Below are positions 28,171 through 38,300 of a DNA stretch of 64,000 nucleotides, in pieces. The stretch spans positions 268,263-332,262 of IMG/VR virus record IMGVR_UViG_3300020429_000539; one strand, 5' to 3'. The notes beneath the pieces were generated by a model. The model did not search any database and was not told the DNA's origin. It worked only from the letters and a program-made list of their open reading frames with translations. A program made the position numbers and the translations under genes. The DNA comes from a virus (taxonomy: Duplodnaviria; Heunggongvirae; Uroviricota; Caudoviricetes). Every line of letters begins with the position of its first letter. Within the stretch, counting starts at the first letter, position 1.

Positions 28171-28836
28171 ATGCAAGAAATCAAGAGTCCTTCGTTTAGC
28201 GTCATAGCAAAGAAATCGCCTGCCTGGCAAAGAGAGGAAGGCAAAAGCGATAAAGGTGGCCTCAATGAGAAAGGTCGCAAGTCTTACGAACGCGAAAATC
28301 CAGGAAGCGACCTAAAAGCTCCTGTTACAGAAGACAAGCCTAAAGGCGAGCGCAAGAAGCGACAAGATTCGTATTGCGCTCGAAGCAAAGGGCAGATGGA
28401 CGACCATAATATCAACTGTTCAGAAGAACCAGATAAGCCTATCTGCAAGTCACGCCGTCGTTGGAACTGCTCTAGCAAAGAGTTGTCTGGTCTGCTCAGG
28501 GTAATGAAGAGCGAGTCTTATCTGAAGGTTGCAGAGGACGAGCTAGCAGATGCTTGCTGGGAAGGCTACGAGGCTGTTGGAACTAAAATGAAGGACGGTA
28601 AGGAAGTCCCTAACTGTGTTCCAAAGGGTAAGAAGAAAAAGAAAGCTTCTTTCTCGGTCTTGCCCGACATTGATAGGGATCGTCATCCTGAGAGGGCGGG
28701 ACTTGAGGGTCCGTTTAGGCAGCCGAGTGGTCATGTTCTTTACTATGACCCAAAAGAGGGTAAGTATTACGACGCTTCACGAGATATGTATATCGAAGCA
28801 GATGAATACGAGGCCATGCAGCGACCTCGTTCATGA
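28171..28836 (+). CDS. Modular head-associated protein (DUF6321-like plus two small phage modules)
   Basis: GGAG RBS. SPAWQREEGK..GGLNEKGRKSY...SYCARSKG...RRRWNC, then CWEGYEAVGTKMKDGKEVPNCVP, then GLEGPF...VLYYDPKEGKYYD. Confidence 0.7.
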   Translation: MQEIKSPSFSVIAKKSPAWQREEGKSDKGGLNEKGRKSYERENPGSDLKAPVTEDKPKGERKKRQDSYCARSKGQMDDHNINCSEEPDKPICKSRRRWNCSSKELSGLLRVMKSESYLKVAEDELADACWEGYEAVGTKMKDGKEVPNCVPKGKKKKKASFSVLPDIDRDRHPERAGLEGPFRQPSGHVLYYDPKEGKYYDASRDMYIEADEYEAMQRPRS

Positions 28837-28856
28837 GGTATTCAAGATATTGAATT

Positions 28857-28886
28857 CAACACGGCCCTTGTGCCGTGTTGTTTTTT
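28857..28886 (+). terminator. Rho-independent terminator
   Basis: CAACACGGC-CCTTGT-GCCGTGTTG followed by TTTTTT. Confidence 0.88.
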
Positions 28887-28903
28887 AAGCCGATATGCTT
28901 TGT

Positions 28904-30304
28904 ATGAAGTTCCTAAACGTAACACAAAACTCGGTATACCTTGAAGACATTGATATGCACATACCCTTCGAGGATGGGAAGGTTATCGAAATTGACACCG
29001 ATGATGTCAAAAAGAGCCGTGCCTTTCAGAATTTGATTGTTCTGGGAGCCTTCGAAATTGTTGAAGCCAACGACGAGCGAATCGAACAAAACCTGCTTCG
29101 ATTGCAACCAAAAGATGACGATTCAAAAGATGAGGAGGAAGACCGCGAAACAAGCGGAGAGGCTCCCGAGGTTATCATCAAAGGCCACTTCTATGAAGCT
29201 GGTGGATATGCGAAGACGAATCGGAATCTTGCGATTTGTCTTGCCGCAAAAGGTTGCAAGGTTGAGGCTGATGTAACTTCAACTCGAAAGAGCGATTTGA
29301 ATGAGCTTGAGGCCAGAATGATGGCTTCTTTCAAGCAGAAGGTGGGTCGCCAGGCAATACGTATAGACAGCATAATCCCAAGTTTTTCTCAGATTAGCCC
29401 CAAGATGCCTTATCGTATACTTTATACGACAATTGAGGCCTCTTCTATGCCAAAACAAACGGTAGACATCTGTAACTCATACGATGAGGTATGGGTTACG
29501 GCTGACTACTGCAAAGAAGTTATGCAGAAAGAAGGGGTTGCACGACCAATCTATGTTATGCCTAACGCGATACAGACGAAGATGTTTCATGAGCATTATG
29601 AGCCTCATGAGTTTCGTCCGTCGTTGAACTCGTTTGTGTTTTGCAGTCTTTTTGGCTGGGCATACCGTAAGGGGTGGGACGCATTACTGAAGGCCTACTT
29701 TAGGGCTTTTGATGGCAATGATGATGTATCGCTGCTCATTGTTAGCAGGTATCAATATTCATCTGAACGAAGTGGCGTCATCAAGCAAGATATTGACAAA
29801 TATCTCAAGCAATATGGCGGGGCTAATCCCCCTCATGTATGCCGTTGTAGTAGAATTATTCCTGAGTTTGAACTACCTCGCATATATAAGGCCTGCGATG
29901 CATTCGTTCTCCCTTCTCGCGGAGAGGGATTCGGACTTCCTTACGCCGAGGCATCGCTGTGTGGTTTACCCGTTATAGCAACCAATCACAGTGGTCACAC
30001 TATGTTCTTGAATAAAGACAATGCAGAGCTTGTTGATATTGATTCGCTAGAGCCGGTGCCTCGCGGTTCTAGTCATGTTCATTACTGGGACGGACAGCTT
30101 ATGGCTAATCTAAAATCAGAAGACTTTATAGATAGACTGTCTGCATCTATGAGGCGTGTATATGAGAACCATGAAGAGGCAAAGAAAAGGAATAAGCTGC
30201 TGCAACAAGAAATAGCTAATAGCTACTCTTTTCAAAATGCTGCTAATAGGTATTCTGAAAGGATTAGCGAGATATGGAAAAACATTAAGGAGAAGCAGCA
30301 ATGA
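28904..30304 (+). CDS. Glycosyltransferase family 4 (GT-B) with N-terminal accessory module
   Basis: AGGYAK, YRKGWDALL, and DAFVLPSRGEGFGLPYAEASLCGLPVIAT (EX7E motif). Start placed at ATG 28904. Confidence 0.9.
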   Translation: MKFLNVTQNSVYLEDIDMHIPFEDGKVIEIDTDDVKKSRAFQNLIVLGAFEIVEANDERIEQNLLRLQPKDDDSKDEEEDRETSGEAPEVIIKGHFYEAGGYAKTNRNLAICLAAKGCKVEADVTSTRKSDLNELEARMMASFKQKVGRQAIRIDSIIPSFSQISPKMPYRILYTTIEASSMPKQTVDICNSYDEVWVTADYCKEVMQKEGVARPIYVMPNAIQTKMFHEHYEPHEFRPSLNSFVFCSLFGWAYRKGWDALLKAYFRAFDGNDDVSLLIVSRYQYSSERSGVIKQDIDKYLKQYGGANPPHVCRCSRIIPEFELPRIYKACDAFVLPSRGEGFGLPYAEASLCGLPVIATNHSGHTMFLNKDNAELVDIDSLEPVPRGSSHVHYWDGQLMANLKSEDFIDRLSASMRRVYENHEEAKKRNKLLQQEIANSYSFQNAANRYSERISEIWKNIKEKQQ

Positions 30305-30993
30305 TAATCGTATTTATAGATGCAGAAAATGCTGCGGTTACAATCGTAAACAGCGAACGCGAATCGGTAAAGACATATCCTTGGAATGATTTGAAATCAA
30401 TAGTTCCTCGATTGGGGTCGGATGAGGTATACTATGTCACCGCAGCCGAGTTTGTTCCAGCAGATAATGTTGCAGAGTTACTTGCTTCGCTCACTGGTGA
30501 AGAAATAACCGAAGAAATCAGGCCAACAGGACGTAAGTTTATTCGCTCTACTGTTCCGGGGAAACTCATTGTTCATGGCAATAGCGGCGAACCTCTTGAG
30601 TTTGATAGTCCCGTTGATTTTAAGCCTCTTGATGCTTTGCCGACAAATCTAGAAAGCGAATATCCGAGTCTTTCTATATACATGAATCAAGGCAAAATTG
30701 CTATAGTAGATGAATATGATATCGCTGACATACGAAATAGTTATCAAGCAAAAATGAGCGGCTTCAGAAAGAAGCTCGAAAGCAATAGGGATGAGGCTTT
30801 AGATAAGATGCTCGTCAAGGGAAGCGTTGATGATTTCCTTGATCATATGGATGATGATGCCGATACATCTGATACAATAGAGATAGGTCAAAATGACCTA
30901 AGAGGTAATGCCAGAGAATCTCAAGAGTTCTTTAATACAATAAGACAGTCAGGCATAGAAGTTACTGAACAGGACATAGAAGCAATCGAATAA
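30301..30993 (+). CDS. Hypothetical protein
   Basis: TAAGGAG RBS, ATGA overlap. 230 aa. Confidence 0.72.
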   Translation: MIIVFIDAENAAVTIVNSERESVKTYPWNDLKSIVPRLGSDEVYYVTAAEFVPADNVAELLASLTGEEITEEIRPTGRKFIRSTVPGKLIVHGNSGEPLEFDSPVDFKPLDALPTNLESEYPSLSIYMNQGKIAIVDEYDIADIRNSYQAKMSGFRKKLESNRDEALDKMLVKGSVDDFLDHMDDDADTSDTIEIGQNDLRGNARESQEFFNTIRQSGIEVTEQDIEAIE

Positions 30994-31754
30994 TGACAAA
31001 CCTCAAACACCAAGTTCATTCTCCTTCTGCCAGAGCTATCGTGCTACACTATGGCCCTAGCTGGGAGGCTCTTGCGGCTACGTCTCTTATCAAGAGACTT
31101 GTGCAGGAGTATGATGGGAAACTTCGTCTTGATTGGGCAACAACGAATGAAAGTTATCCTTTGTTTAAATACAACTCTAGGATAGAAAACTTGTTTATCG
31201 GTGAGCCCACTTCAAGCGATACATATGATGTAATCTATGATTTGAGCAGAAACGAGCAATCAAGAAAAGTTTGCGAATCCCTAAAAGGAGGCGCTTGCTC
31301 TGTTAAAGATTCGTATTGTTTTGCCTATTTAGCAGGCGAGCGAGTTGACAGTCACGTTCTCCAGGTTTTATTCAAGCTGGCCGGACTTTCTTGGAGAGGA
31401 GAAGGCTATGACTTGGCATATTATCCCAAGAACAAAGTAAAGAAAGGAAAAACAGGTGTTGCTATATCTGGAGACGATTTGAGGGCATATGTTAAGGATA
31501 ACCTAAATCTGTCTCTATCAGAACTTTGGCACATACCACTTCGCAAGAACTTGCTAAAAAGAATAGATGAAATAAATCGTTGCAAACGTATTGTAACAGA
31601 CGACCTATTTACGGCGCATGCCGCTATCGCGCTAAGAAAGCATGTGGAGTTTTTGGATAAGGACGGCTTTCATGCAGAAATTGAGTTCTTTGGTAAGGGC
31701 AATCATTTGCGTTTAAACGATGATAGATGGAAACTTCAAATGTCCGAAACCTAA
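30993..31754 (+). CDS. Divergent GT9 (heptosyltransferase-like) GT-B protein
   Basis: ALAATSLIKRL...LDWAT...LFKYNSRIE and INRCKRIVTDDLFTAHAAIALRK mirror GT9 N- and C-terminal motifs, but the protein is short and degenerate. Confidence 0.55.
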   Translation: MTNLKHQVHSPSARAIVLHYGPSWEALAATSLIKRLVQEYDGKLRLDWATTNESYPLFKYNSRIENLFIGEPTSSDTYDVIYDLSRNEQSRKVCESLKGGACSVKDSYCFAYLAGERVDSHVLQVLFKLAGLSWRGEGYDLAYYPKNKVKKGKTGVAISGDDLRAYVKDNLNLSLSELWHIPLRKNLLKRIDEINRCKRIVTDDLFTAHAAIALRKHVEFLDKDGFHAEIEFFGKGNHLRLNDDRWKLQMSET

Positions 31755-32520
31755 CTCTCGATACGCCGTCGATAGAGTTAAAAAACCTGTTGAGTATAAT
31801 CCCAAATATTTTGGGATATCTGACCTCAAGGGAAGCGGCCTAGGCGTGTCTATCTGTGTGATAGACACGGGTTATCCTAAGCATAAGGATATACCATGCG
31901 TTATGGACCAGGTTATTGACTTTACTGGCTCGCCTCATGGAGCTTTAGATGTTCATGGTCATGCAACTGGTGTCGCTGGAGTGCTGAAGGGTCATAGAGA
32001 TATAACGGGTATCGTTCCGTCTGCAAGTATCTTTTATGCAAAGGCTATCAACGACCAAGGTCAAGGCAACCATGGAGCGGTTCAGGCATCGATACTATAT
32101 GCTATTGTTCAGCAAGTAGATATTATCGTGATGGCCTTTGGTTCAGATACTCGCCATCCTTTGCTTCAAGATGCTATCAAAAAGGCCTACAACAGCGGTA
32201 TCTGCATGTTTGCGGCGTCTGGCAATGTTAGCTCAAAAAGTAGAGATATGCTGTTTCCTGCTAAGTTTGAGCATGTTATATCAGTTGGATACTCTGGCTC
32301 AAAAACTATAGAGAAAATCAAAGAAGATGCTCCGGGTATTGCGTTTCCTTTCAAGAGTTTAGATACTACTTTCAAGGGCGACAAATACATTAAGATGTCG
32401 GGTACGAGTATTGCTACTCCTGTAGCAGCGGGCATGGCTGCTTTGATTATACAAAATAGTAAAAAAAGACCCGAGCCTAAAGAGGTTTACAGAAAGATAA
32501 TGGCATATTGCAAATCTTGA
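31720..32520 (+). CDS. Subtilisin-like S8 serine peptidase
   Basis: Catalytic triad motifs VIDTG, HGHATGVAG and SGTSIATP. Oxyanion motif AASGN. Confidence 0.92.
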   Translation: MIDGNFKCPKPNSRYAVDRVKKPVEYNPKYFGISDLKGSGLGVSICVIDTGYPKHKDIPCVMDQVIDFTGSPHGALDVHGHATGVAGVLKGHRDITGIVPSASIFYAKAINDQGQGNHGAVQASILYAIVQQVDIIVMAFGSDTRHPLLQDAIKKAYNSGICMFAASGNVSSKSRDMLFPAKFEHVISVGYSGSKTIEKIKEDAPGIAFPFKSLDTTFKGDKYIKMSGTSIATPVAAGMAALIIQNSKKRPEPKEVYRKIMAYCKS

Positions 32521-32560
32521 ATATCAAGGATTTTTAGCCTTTATCGAGAAATACTAGAAG
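32521..32560 (+). promoter_or_regulatory. Class-A promoter before the fibre operon
   Basis: ATATCAAGG-N18-GAAATACTAGAAG, with the same flanks as 58275-58315. Confidence 0.65.
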
Positions 32561-32587
32561 GCGATTTGCTTGATGGAGAATGTCTAA

Positions 32588-34348
32588 ATGCCGCATGTCC
32601 CACGTAATAAATCTAGCGCAGGCGATGTCGATGCGGCTGATGTTACATATGCGCCAGCAGACAATGCGGATTTTGGCGGCTCGGACCCCGGTAACGTAGA
32701 TGACGCTCTTGACTACATTGCCGATTGCTGTGCAGGCAACTCTGATTTGCTTGATGAGCTTCTCCCGGCAGCGGCCCCTGACCTTAGTAGTATGTCTGCT
32801 TCGACTGGTGTCACGGGCAATCTATCATTTGGGCCTTCTGCCGGCTCGAATCCCGCAGGATATACAAACCATCCTACTCTTGATATCGGCGATACAATTA
32901 ATACGACCTCGCCGAACCGAGGTATTATATCTGCTACAACAGACCCGACAGGCACCCTCGCAGACAATGTTACGGCTGATCCAAATGACTCGTATCCGGC
33001 GAATGCTTTTGGGCCGGGAGACTCTGGTACACTGAGTTTACTTGTTAATGGCTCATCTGTTCATAGCGTAGACTTGTCTTCGTTTGGTTCTGGCGCGAGC
33101 GTCAACGGCAATGGAAGCGGTTTTACGTTGTCCGCTGCCACATCGGTTCAGTTTCCTAATGGCAACCCATTTGCGACTCGCAAATACAGAACAGGCACTT
33201 GGGTTGTAGATAATGCCGATCTGCGAACAGGATACAACACTATTCAAGTTCAGCATGCAGAGACAACGACCAATACGACACAGACTTTTGTCTACATCGT
33301 AGATGATGATACCACGGCAACTACCATATCAGGACAGGAGTTTGTAAGCCTCAGCGCAAGCGGCAGTAAGTATATATCTGGAGTTGAATATCATACGTCT
33401 GCTTCGGCTACCTTTAGGGCCGATATTAGCAATGCGTATCGCAATACGTATTCTAGTTCGTCTTCGGCTGTATCATATCCAACTCCAAATAACTGCTCTA
33501 TCAGCAGCCAAGCCTTGACAACTCCAACAGAGTATACGGATACGTTGACAAACTTTGGACAGACCGCGACTCTTAACGCAAGTCGAATCATTACAAATCT
33601 TACCACATACGATGGCTTTAGGGCACGGACCCGTGTTCTTAGGACTATACAAAGCACCGTAACCGCAAGCTACGTTGAGGGCTTCAATCTGTTGATTGAT
33701 ACCGTTTCAGATAATGCAACAGACCTCAATGACAATATGATTGGCGAAAGTTATCGCATTCCAAGCAACGCAGACTTTGATACCGACTTATCTTCGACTT
33801 GGGATGAAACTATATCTCTTGTCTCTGCGACGGCTGGTTATTCTGATGGTTTGCAGGTTATCAATGGGACTCTTGATTATCCGTCGCTTGACTTTACAGC
33901 GGCGACGGATGGTCCTGCGGGTAATCCTGATTATTCATCTGCTTCTGGTACAAGATATTGGTATAGATACTTCACAAATGCTACGGGAGCAGGAAACTTT
34001 AGACTAATACTTGAAGGTAATGCCTCGGTTATTGCTGAATCAGCTAGTTTTACAGGTGGCTCTCATACTCAAGTTAAGATATCTGTCAAGTTTCCTCAAG
34101 GCGATGGGTCGGGAACAGGATGGCTTGATATTACTCAAAACTTTGTTCCTGGTTCTTGGAGTGACGGAGATGGCTGTTATGCATCTTCGTTCGGTAACGA
34201 CACAATACTTCCAACTTCTAACTGGGGCATATCGATAGGAACAAGAAACTCTGCCGATGCATATGATAAGATGTATGTAAGAGTTACGACTGACGCCAAT
34301 TTTACTGGCGATTTGACACGTTTTGGAGTTGAGTGGGCAGTAACATAA
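32588..34348 (+). CDS. Virion structural protein (S/T/G-rich, beta)
   Basis: 586 aa, composition typical of fibre or appendage proteins. Confidence 0.7.
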   Translation: MPHVPRNKSSAGDVDAADVTYAPADNADFGGSDPGNVDDALDYIADCCAGNSDLLDELLPAAAPDLSSMSASTGVTGNLSFGPSAGSNPAGYTNHPTLDIGDTINTTSPNRGIISATTDPTGTLADNVTADPNDSYPANAFGPGDSGTLSLLVNGSSVHSVDLSSFGSGASVNGNGSGFTLSAATSVQFPNGNPFATRKYRTGTWVVDNADLRTGYNTIQVQHAETTTNTTQTFVYIVDDDTTATTISGQEFVSLSASGSKYISGVEYHTSASATFRADISNAYRNTYSSSSSAVSYPTPNNCSISSQALTTPTEYTDTLTNFGQTATLNASRIITNLTTYDGFRARTRVLRTIQSTVTASYVEGFNLLIDTVSDNATDLNDNMIGESYRIPSNADFDTDLSSTWDETISLVSATAGYSDGLQVINGTLDYPSLDFTAATDGPAGNPDYSSASGTRYWYRYFTNATGAGNFRLILEGNASVIAESASFTGGSHTQVKISVKFPQGDGSGTGWLDITQNFVPGSWSDGDGCYASSFGNDTILPTSNWGISIGTRNSADAYDKMYVRVTTDANFTGDLTRFGVEWAVT

Positions 34349-34349
34349 T

Positions 34350-35303
34350 ATGGCCTTCGAAGCAGCAACAGAAAGAAATATCGCGCTCAAAAAGCTGTTG
34401 GCGAAAGCTCATACGACCAATAACAAAGGCGTCAACAACGAGGCTATCGCTTCGCAGATTTCTATTGCTGCAAACCAAATTATAGGCGAAGTTATTCCGT
34501 CAGACCCCGCAACGGCCTACCATCTGGGTCTTGTTGAGTTCGTAGAGGCAGAGCTTGAGCTAGATAATACCTCAAGCGGCAAGAGCTATCGTTTAAAGTT
34601 TCCTGACGATTATGGCGGAGATTTTGGTTCGGGTTCGCAAGGGCTCTACATAGGCGATGTCACGTTTGCGGTTCCGTTTTTCTACAACGATAATCCTGTA
34701 CAGAGCGATGACAGCGGAGGGTATCAGCCTCGTCTGTTTGATAATGGCGTAGAAGTGCCTCTACTTGACGCGAGCGATTGGTTTTTTGACTATTTTGCAT
34801 GCCTATTGACATCAGAGGATGACTTGAGTCTTGGTTCTACTGGAACAGTTCAGTTGTATATCTATACAGGAACGACGGTTCAGGACCATATCGATGATAC
34901 AGCCAATCCTCACAACGTTGTACCCTCGCAGGTCGGTGGCATCGCTCTTTGGCAGCCGTTTACAGAATACTCATCTGGCTCCTTTGTCTACTATGATTTG
35001 TCAAGTTCTTTGGGAGATAGCAATTTTTCGAATGGAATCTATGTTGCGACAAGTTCGCATACGTCTAGCGCAGCTTTTTCTTCAGATCAAGCAAACTGGA
35101 AGGCATTAAACTCATCTTTTCAGTATGATCAAGGAGTGGGAGCCTCAACTTGGACTATAGACCATAATTTGAATAGATATCCCACTATTACCGTTTTGAG
35201 TTCTTCTGGTTTTCAAATTGAGCCAGAGGTAGAATACGTTAATCTCAATAGAGTAACATTAAGGTTCTCTCCTGCTGCTAGTGGGACAGCGTACATGAAT
35301 TAG
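34350..35303 (+). CDS. Virion structural protein with carbohydrate-binding-like and WTIDHNL modules
   Basis: WQPFTEYSSGSFVYY...YVATSSHTS is CBM5/12-like. STWTIDHNLNRYP is a common fibre module. Confidence 0.65.
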   Translation: MAFEAATERNIALKKLLAKAHTTNNKGVNNEAIASQISIAANQIIGEVIPSDPATAYHLGLVEFVEAELELDNTSSGKSYRLKFPDDYGGDFGSGSQGLYIGDVTFAVPFFYNDNPVQSDDSGGYQPRLFDNGVEVPLLDASDWFFDYFACLLTSEDDLSLGSTGTVQLYIYTGTTVQDHIDDTANPHNVVPSQVGGIALWQPFTEYSSGSFVYYDLSSSLGDSNFSNGIYVATSSHTSSAAFSSDQANWKALNSSFQYDQGVGASTWTIDHNLNRYPTITVLSSSGFQIEPEVEYVNLNRVTLRFSPAASGTAYMN

Positions 35304-35310
35304 GTGATTT

Positions 35311-38300
35311 ATGGCCCGTGAGTTTTTTACAGATATTGACCTCAATCAAAACGAGATGCAGTTTATGGTTATGCATCCGCTCGCCGCCGCTCCGAGTAGT
35401 GGAACCGAGGTTGAAGGTCAGATGTATTATGATACCATCGCTCAGCAGCCTTTCTTCTGGAACGGAGCGTCATGGACTTCGATGTCTTCCGGCGCGGCAT
35501 CTAGTGTTCCGTTCGGTGGTATCACAGGCGGCACCAATACTTCCGCAACAATGTTTGTGGGTACGGGCGCTTCTCTTTCATTTACGGGCCTTGGAACCAT
35601 TAATGCCAACTTGCTCGATGGCCGTGTTGTTGATGCTCCTGCCGCTCAAGATGGCGAGTTTCTTATCTTTACAGGAGGCTCCGTTAATGCATGGCAGTCT
35701 CGCAAGATTGTTGCTTCAGATTTTCCCGAACTAGAACTCAATGACCTTGTTGATGTTGATATAAATGCAGCTAATGATGGAGATTTACTTCAATACATCG
35801 GTGGTTCTATTAATGCATGGGCAACAGTTCCCGCGAGCGCTATAACTGCTGACCTTGGCGATGCAGTTATTCTCAATCCTGCGAGCAGCACACGCAACGT
35901 TATTAGCAACACGGATGGCTCCGCGCACACGTTGCTGACTATAGAAGCTGGTAGCGCTAGCACTTATGACTTATTTGTAGTTAACAATAGCTCTAGCAGC
36001 GATATATTTACAATCTCTAGCGATGGCGACGTTGTTGTTCGTGGAACTATACAGGGCGGCGGTTCTGCTGGTGCAGCAGATTCTACGGCATTTATCCTTG
36101 ACAATAGTGGTATCGGCGGTGGCCCTCGCACGTTCACCTTTCCAAATGCTAGCGGCGAGATTATTACCGACAATAGTACTCAAGATATTACAGGTAGAAA
36201 AACATTTGATTCAGGAGATTTGAGACTTGAAGGCGTAGTTGCCACTCATGGCTGGGCTTTCTCGGCCAACAAAAGCAGCGGTGGTTTTGATACTCTTCAT
36301 ATTCCTCAGCCAACGTCTGATGTCGATGTTACCATGCTCATCACGGAGGACACTCTTACTGCGGCTGGTAACTTTGCAGTAGCAGTAAATACGACTGAGG
36401 GTCTTGTTACTTTCCGAGATATACAAAACTCTGACATAGCTAATATTCTTGCTCTTGGCGATTTGACAGATGTTGACTACAGTGGTGGCGGTCCCTCTGA
36501 TGGCGACTTACTTGTTTATCTTGGCGGTTCTGTCGATGCATGGGTCCATCGCAGCCCAGAATCTATACTAACTGACCTGTCATACCTCAAGGGCGGCGGC
36601 TCAGCGAATCAGGTTGCATATTGGGATGGAGCCGACTCGCTTACGGGTGAGTCTGAATTTACATACAATGGAACCGATCTAACACTTTCTGCAACAGGCT
36701 CATCGCTTCATCTTACAAGCTCAACTTCTGGCGTTACTATCGGTTCTAGCTCGGTCGCTCATGCTTCTGATGAAGCAATATTGATTATTAGCGATGGCGG
36801 AAGCGATGATGTTACCTTTAGGACTGCAAACAACTCGGCTGATGCTGCTTCTGCTCTAGAGTTTCAAAAAGCCAGGGACACGATTGCTTCGCCTGATGCT
36901 GTAATCAACAACGACATACAAGGCGAAATTAGATGGTTTGCGCATAATGGTTCTGCTTATGTAGAAACAGCAACTATTGTTGCTCAATCTACTGAAAATG
37001 CTAGCGTCAGCGGAGTAGGAACTCGTCTTGTATTTTCTACCATTAACGATGCGTCACCGGGCTCGCCTACAACTAAACTCATACTCGACGATGACGGCGT
37101 AAAAGCACAAGATAACTTCTATGTCATTGCTGCTTCTTCTGAAGTTACTACTCAGACTCTTTTCCGTAACAACGGAACGGGTGAAATCACGGTCGGCGAC
37201 TACTCGTTGGCGAATCTTTCTGATGTTGAGATTACTGGACCTGGTCCAACGGAAGGCGACATACTTGTTTATCTTGCGGGTTCTGTCGATGCCTGGGTTC
37301 CAAGAGACCCCAACTCGTTCTTGGATGAGTTGCCATACGTAAATGGTAGTGGAAATGTCAATCAGGTTGCTTATTGGGAAGATAGCGATACGCTGACCGG
37401 CGAGGCCGCGTTCGCATACGACCCAAGCTCAAATGCTCTAAGCGTAACCTCGGGAACGGTAACGAGCGGCGCATTTATAACAGGCGCTGGCTCTGTTTCT
37501 AGTCCATCTCTAAGATTTAGCGGCGATGCTAACACAGGAATATACCAGGTAGGGGCGGATTCTGTTGGTATATCCGCTGGCGGAGTGAATGGCATAACGG
37601 TAGCAGAAAGCCTCTCTACTATCAATGTTACTGTTAGAGATAATCTAAGGCTTAGTAACGGGACAAACTATGTTGGTTTTGGTCTTCCTTCTCTCGCCGG
37701 AGACACGAATTATACGTTGCCTGCGACTGCTTCTTCAAGCGATGGTCAGGTTTTGTCATCCACTACAGCCGGTATTTTGGGCTGGGTTTCTATCGGTTCT
37801 ATACATGGTTCTGATACGGACTTTGCATCACAATATGTATTCAATCAGCCAGCGACAGCAACAAGAAATAATGTAACCTCGCAAGGAGCCACGGTTGTTC
37901 CTTTGCGTCTTATTGGAGCTTCTGGACAAACAGCTAACCTATTCGAGATAGAGGACAACTCAAACACTAACTTGTTTGTTGTTGATGCAAGCGGTAACGT
38001 TACCATCACGGGCGACTTGACCATCAACGGAACAACAACAACTGTTGATACAACAAACTTGATTGTTGAAGACAACTTTATTGTTGTCAACTCGGCTGGC
38101 ATTGTTCAGGATGCCGGTATTGAAGTTGAGCGAGGCGGCGCGGGCAGCGGCGATAACGCTTTCTTGCGATTCAGCGAAAGCACTAATGAGTGGTATGTCG
38201 ATAACGGTACTGTCTCGCATTTGATGGCGAGAAAGTACGTTGAAGAGATTACCGGCGATGATTCGACGACAACGTTCAACATATTGCACGACATGGGTTC

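Noticed and set aside
28003-28230. ORFs 28007..28207 (+) and 28003..28230 (-)
   Set aside because: They run through GC-rich RNA hairpins and have no convincing RBS. The structured-RNA reading fits better.
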